A DNA stretch of 61,797 nt, from sequence record DRR723986_5041; one strand, 5' to 3'. The position numbers and the translations under genes were made by a program. Below are positions 58,187 through 61,797 of this stretch, one piece after another (position 1 is the stretch's first letter; each line of letters starts with the position of its first letter). Under the pieces are notes generated by a model that had not been told where the DNA came from, searched no databases, and saw only the letters and a list, made by a program, of their open reading frames with translations.

Positions 58187-59509
58187 ATGAGGAAATTACT
58201 GGGCCTGACGGCACTGGGACTGCTGGTGTCTGCCGGCGTGGCGAATGCTGCCGACAAGGTGGTCGTCGTGACATCCTTTCCGAAGGAACTGACCGATGCA
58301 TTCGAAGCCGCCTTTGCTGCATCCAACCTGGACTACGAGCTGGAGATCCTGAGCAAGGGAACATCCGCAGCCGTCAAATACATTCAGGAAACCGCCGGAA
58401 ACAACACGTCCGACCTGATGTGGGCGTCCGCCCCCGATGCGTTCGAAGTGCTGAAGGGCAACGACCTGCTTGCCAAGGTCGAAATCAACGCCGAAGGCAT
58501 TCCGGAAAAGATCGGCACGTACCCGATCAATGATCCCGACGGCTTCTATTACGGTTTTGCCGCATCCGGTTACGGCATTATGTGGAACACCCGCTACCTG
58601 CAGGCCAACGAGCTGGCACCGGCAAAGGAATGGGAAGACCTGGCCAAGCCGGAATATTTCGGTCATGTCGGCATGTCCGCACCGTCCCGCTCCGGCACCA
58701 CGCACCTGACAGTCGAAACGCTTCTGCAGGGCGCCGGCTGGGAAAAGGGCTGGGCCGACTGGAAATGGATTTCCGGTAACATGAACACGGTCACCGAGCG
58801 CAGCTTCGGTGTGCCGGATGGCGTCAACTCGGGCAACTTCGGCCTCGGCGTCGTTATCGACTTCTTCGGCTTTTCGTCCCGCGCGTCCGGCTTCCCGGTC
58901 GACTTCGCCTATCCGTCGGTCACTGCCGTTGTACCTGCCAACATCGGTGTCGTGAAAAACGCCCCGAACCCGGAAGGTGCCAAGGCGTTCATCGAGTTCG
59001 TGCTGTCGCCGGAAGGCCAGCAGGTCCTGTTCGATCCGGCCATCATGCGTCTGCCGGTCAACCCGGCTGCATACGCGACCGCACCGGACGGCATTCCGAA
59101 CCCGTTCGAAGGCGACGATGTGAAGGCATCGGTCAACTTCGACGCCGACCGCTCGGAAAAGCGCTACAACGTCGTCAATTCCCTGTTCGACGTCATGGTC
59201 ACCTATCGTCTGACCGAGCTGCGTGAAGCCGTCAGGGCCGTGCAGCTTGCCGAGATTGCGCTTGCCGACAAGGACAATGCGGAAGCCAAGGCACTGATCG
59301 CCGAGGCACGCGCACTCATCGACGCTACCCCCATCACCGAGGAAGAAAGTCTCGACCCCTCCTTCGCCGCCGTCTTCCAGCAGAAACGCAAGAAGGAAAG
59401 CGATGTCATCGAGGGCCGCCAGGCGGAAGTCGAGCAGCAGTGGGATGCCTTCGTGGTCGAGAACTACGCAAAGGCCAAGGCTCTGGCGGAAAAAGCCGCC
59501 AGCCTCTGA
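58187..59509 (+). CDS. ABC transporter substrate-binding protein (AfuA/PgtC-like, probably a phosphorylated ligand)
   Basis: GGAGGAG RBS, signal peptide, VVTSFP, MSAPSRSGTTH, AKAFIEFVLS.EGQ. Confidence 0.88.
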   Translation: MRKLLGLTALGLLVSAGVANAADKVVVVTSFPKELTDAFEAAFAASNLDYELEILSKGTSAAVKYIQETAGNNTSDLMWASAPDAFEVLKGNDLLAKVEINAEGIPEKIGTYPINDPDGFYYGFAASGYGIMWNTRYLQANELAPAKEWEDLAKPEYFGHVGMSAPSRSGTTHLTVETLLQGAGWEKGWADWKWISGNMNTVTERSFGVPDGVNSGNFGLGVVIDFFGFSSRASGFPVDFAYPSVTAVVPANIGVVKNAPNPEGAKAFIEFVLSPEGQQVLFDPAIMRLPVNPAAYATAPDGIPNPFEGDDVKASVNFDADRSEKRYNVVNSLFDVMVTYRLTELREAVRAVQLAEIALADKDNAEAKALIAEARALIDATPITEEESLDPSFAAVFQQKRKKESDVIEGRQAEVEQQWDAFVVENYAKAKALAEKAASL

Positions 59510-59595
59510 CGGAAAACCAAAAACAACATCACGTCGAACTTGCCGCACCGCCCGGAACAGGGAAGGTGCGGCCTCTTCCCCGGAGTCCATAGCCG

Positions 59596-61332
59596 ATGAC
59601 TACGAGCAATGCAGCGACTGCGCCTGCAAGGCAGTGGCGCATATTTCCCGAGCTGTCCGGCACCGCAATTGCGGGCGTCGCGATCGCCATCTTCCTGCTG
59701 GCGTTTCTCATCCTTCCCGTCCTGAAGGTGACCTATGTCGCCTTCCAGGATCCCCATACAGGAGCCTTGACGCTCCAGAATTTCGGCGATTTCTTCCGCT
59801 CGTCACTGTTCCGCAGTTCCTTCGTGAACTCCTTCTACGTCTCGGCGATGTCCGTGGTCGTGGCAACGGTTATCGCCCTGCCGCTGGCCTATATCACCAC
59901 CCGTTTCAACTTCGGTGGAAGCGCGCTGATCCAGAGCATCGGCGTTATCCCGCTGATCATGCCGCCCTTCGTCGGCGCCATCGCGATGCAGCTCCTGTTC
60001 GGCCGCAACGGCACGGTCAACCTTCTGCTGTCGCAATACCTTGGCTTCAAGATCCCGTTCATGGAAGGTCTGAACGGCGTCATCTTCGTCCAGTCCCTGC
60101 ACTATTTCCCGTTCATCCTGATCAACCTGTCGGCGTCGCTCCGAAACATCGACAAGGCAATGGAAGAATCGGCGCAGAACCTGGGCTGCACGGGCTTGCG
60201 CCTGTTCCGCCGGATCGTATTCCCGCTCGCCATGCCCGGTTACATTGCCGGCGCCGCGCTGGTGTTCATCAAGGTCTTTGACGATCTCGGCACCCCGTTG
60301 CTGCTCAACGTCAACAACATGCTGGCCCCCCAGGCCTATCTGCGCATTTCCTCCGTCGGCATCAGCGATCCGATGGGCTACGTCATTTCCTTCATCCTGG
60401 TGGCCTTCTCGGTCTTTTCGCTGTGGGCGTCCTTCCTGTTCATGCGGGGCAAGGATTACGCCACGGTTCAAAAGGGTGGTGGCGGCCTTGCGCGGCGCGA
60501 CCTGTCGCGCGGCGAGAAGATCGTTGCCTATGGCGTCGTCGTCTTCATCCTGCTTCTGGTCCTGTCGCCGCATTTCGGTCTGACGCTGCTTGCGTTCGGC
60601 ACGATCTGGTCGTTCAGCCCGCTGCCGGACGGCTACACGCTGGCCAACTTCGCCACCGTGTTCGAACAGTCCCTGCAATATGTGGTCAACACACTGATCT
60701 ACGCAGGCCTTGCCGCCGGCTTCGACATCATCCTGGGAACGGCAATCGCCTACATCGTGCTGCGAACCGGCATCAAGGGCCGCAAGATGCTCGACTACAT
60801 GGCGACCGCCGCGCTTGCCGTACCCGGCGTCGTGCTCGGCATCGGCTACCTGCGCCTGTTCCACAGCTTCGAGGTGCCGGTCATCGGCAAACCGCTGGCG
60901 TCCTGGTGGGTCATCATCGTGATCGCCCTGACCGTGCGCCGCCTGCCCTATGCGCTCAGGGCCTGCATGGCCGCGCTTCAGCAGGTCAGCCTGTCGCTTG
61001 AGGAAGCAGCGGAAAACCTCGGCGCCTCCAAGGGCCGCTCCATCCGCAGGATCGTCGTTCCGCTGATGGCCGGGGGGATCCTCGCCGGCTTCGTCACCAG
61101 CTTTGCCACTGCCGCAGTCGAACTGTCGGCAACCATCATGCTGGTCTCCACCAGCGACGACGCTCCGCTCTCCTACGGGATCTACCTCTACATGCAAAGT
61201 CCGTCCGGCCGGGGTGCCGGCGCGGCACTCGGCATCCTCGCCGTCGTGATCGTCGGCCTGGGGACATACCTGTCGAACCGCATCATCGAGAAGGACCGGG
61301 CCCGCAAGGCCGAAGTCCGCGCATCCCACTGA
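59596..61332 (+). CDS. ABC transporter permease (fused two-domain, FbpB/AfuB type)
   Basis: Two EAA loops (MEESAQNLG, LEEAAENLG); about 12 TM helices. Confidence 0.92.
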   Translation: MTTSNAATAPARQWRIFPELSGTAIAGVAIAIFLLAFLILPVLKVTYVAFQDPHTGALTLQNFGDFFRSSLFRSSFVNSFYVSAMSVVVATVIALPLAYITTRFNFGGSALIQSIGVIPLIMPPFVGAIAMQLLFGRNGTVNLLLSQYLGFKIPFMEGLNGVIFVQSLHYFPFILINLSASLRNIDKAMEESAQNLGCTGLRLFRRIVFPLAMPGYIAGAALVFIKVFDDLGTPLLLNVNNMLAPQAYLRISSVGISDPMGYVISFILVAFSVFSLWASFLFMRGKDYATVQKGGGGLARRDLSRGEKIVAYGVVVFILLLVLSPHFGLTLLAFGTIWSFSPLPDGYTLANFATVFEQSLQYVVNTLIYAGLAAGFDIILGTAIAYIVLRTGIKGRKMLDYMATAALAVPGVVLGIGYLRLFHSFEVPVIGKPLASWWVIIVIALTVRRLPYALRACMAALQQVSLSLEEAAENLGASKGRSIRRIVVPLMAGGILAGFVTSFATAAVELSATIMLVSTSDDAPLSYGIYLYMQSPSGRGAGAALGILAVVIVGLGTYLSNRIIEKDRARKAEVRASH

Positions 61333-61359
61333 GCGTTCAATTTCGAGGAAACACTTCCA

Positions 61360-61797
61360 ATGACCAGAAAAGCAGTCGAAATACGGATCGAGGACCTGCA
61401 TCTCTCCTTCGGCACCACCGAAGTCCTGCGCGGCGTCAACATGACCATCGAACCGGGTGAATTCTACGCCTTCCTTGGCCCGTCGGGCTCCGGTAAGTCC
61501 ACCCTCCTGCGTGCCATTGCAGGCTTCGGCCCGACACCCAGAGGACGCATTCTCATCGGAGGCCGCGACATTGCCAAGCTTCCGCCCTGGAAACGCAATG
61601 TCGGCATGGTGTTCCAGTCCTATGCCCTGTGGCCTCACATGTCGGTTCGTGCCAACGTCGCCTTCGGCCTTGAGGAGCGGAAAGTCGCGCGCAAGGACAT
61701 CGGTACCCGTGTGGAATCGGCACTGGAACTCGTCGGCCTCCTGCATCTCGCCGACCGCATGCCATCCCAGCTTTCCGGCGGCCAGCAGCAGCGCGTG
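61360..61797 (+). CDS. ABC transporter ATP-binding protein (FbpC/PotA-like), truncated by the window end
   Basis: GAGG RBS; MTRKAVEIRIEDLHLSFG...[12 protein letters not shown]...MVFQSYALWPH...LSGGQQQRV. Absent from the ORF track because it has no stop in the window. Confidence 0.92.
   Translation, partial: MTRKAVEIRIEDLHLSFGTTEVLRGVNMTIEPGEFYAFLGPSGSGKSTLLRAIAGFGPTPRGRILIGGRDIAKLPPWKRNVGMVFQSYALWPHMSVRANVAFGLEERKVARKDIGTRVESALELVGLLHLADRMPSQLSGGQQQRV

Noticed and set aside
59803-61746. 647-aa minus-strand ORF (also 58196..59590, 11050..12384, 7206..8216)
   Set aside because: Antisense to clear transporter or enzyme genes; no independent evidence of coding.
1-61797. Prophage, IS or integrase
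   Set aside because: No ORF with recombinase, transposase or phage structural motifs was recognised; the HDH cupin-HEAT protein shows no DDE features.

Overview
A ~62 kb GC-rich chromosomal segment of an alphaproteobacterium (gene content suggests a Roseibium/Labrenzia-like marine Hyphomicrobiales; this is inference). From left to right: (1) the 3' end of a tRNA, then a ~3 kb lower-GC islet of small secreted hypothetical proteins including a pseudogene; (2) a FadR/GntR-controlled catabolic module (enolase-superfamily enzyme, polar amino-acid ABC transporter, Cys-less SufS-like PLP enzyme, dihydropyrimidinase) interrupted by a PLD gene; (3) a compact cluster I cannot assign to a known family, resembling a RiPP pathway (58-aa precursor-like peptide, SDR, MOP flippase, and a pair of cupin+HEAT proteins, one with an intact HxH...H metal site and one without), which is the best candidate for a new system; (4) galE plus a ~24 kb cluster resembling the Sinorhizobium galactoglucan (EPS II, exp/wg) locus, rearranged and ending in a Tat-exported GH16; (5) a CdrA/HMW1-like two-partner secretion adhesin with a divergent two-component system; (6) a pgtCBA-like three-component regulator whose activator lacks the GAFTGA loop, followed by an ABC transporter truncated by the window end. 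No CRISPR array, integrase or transposase was seen. All family assignments come from motif reading and gene order, not database searches.
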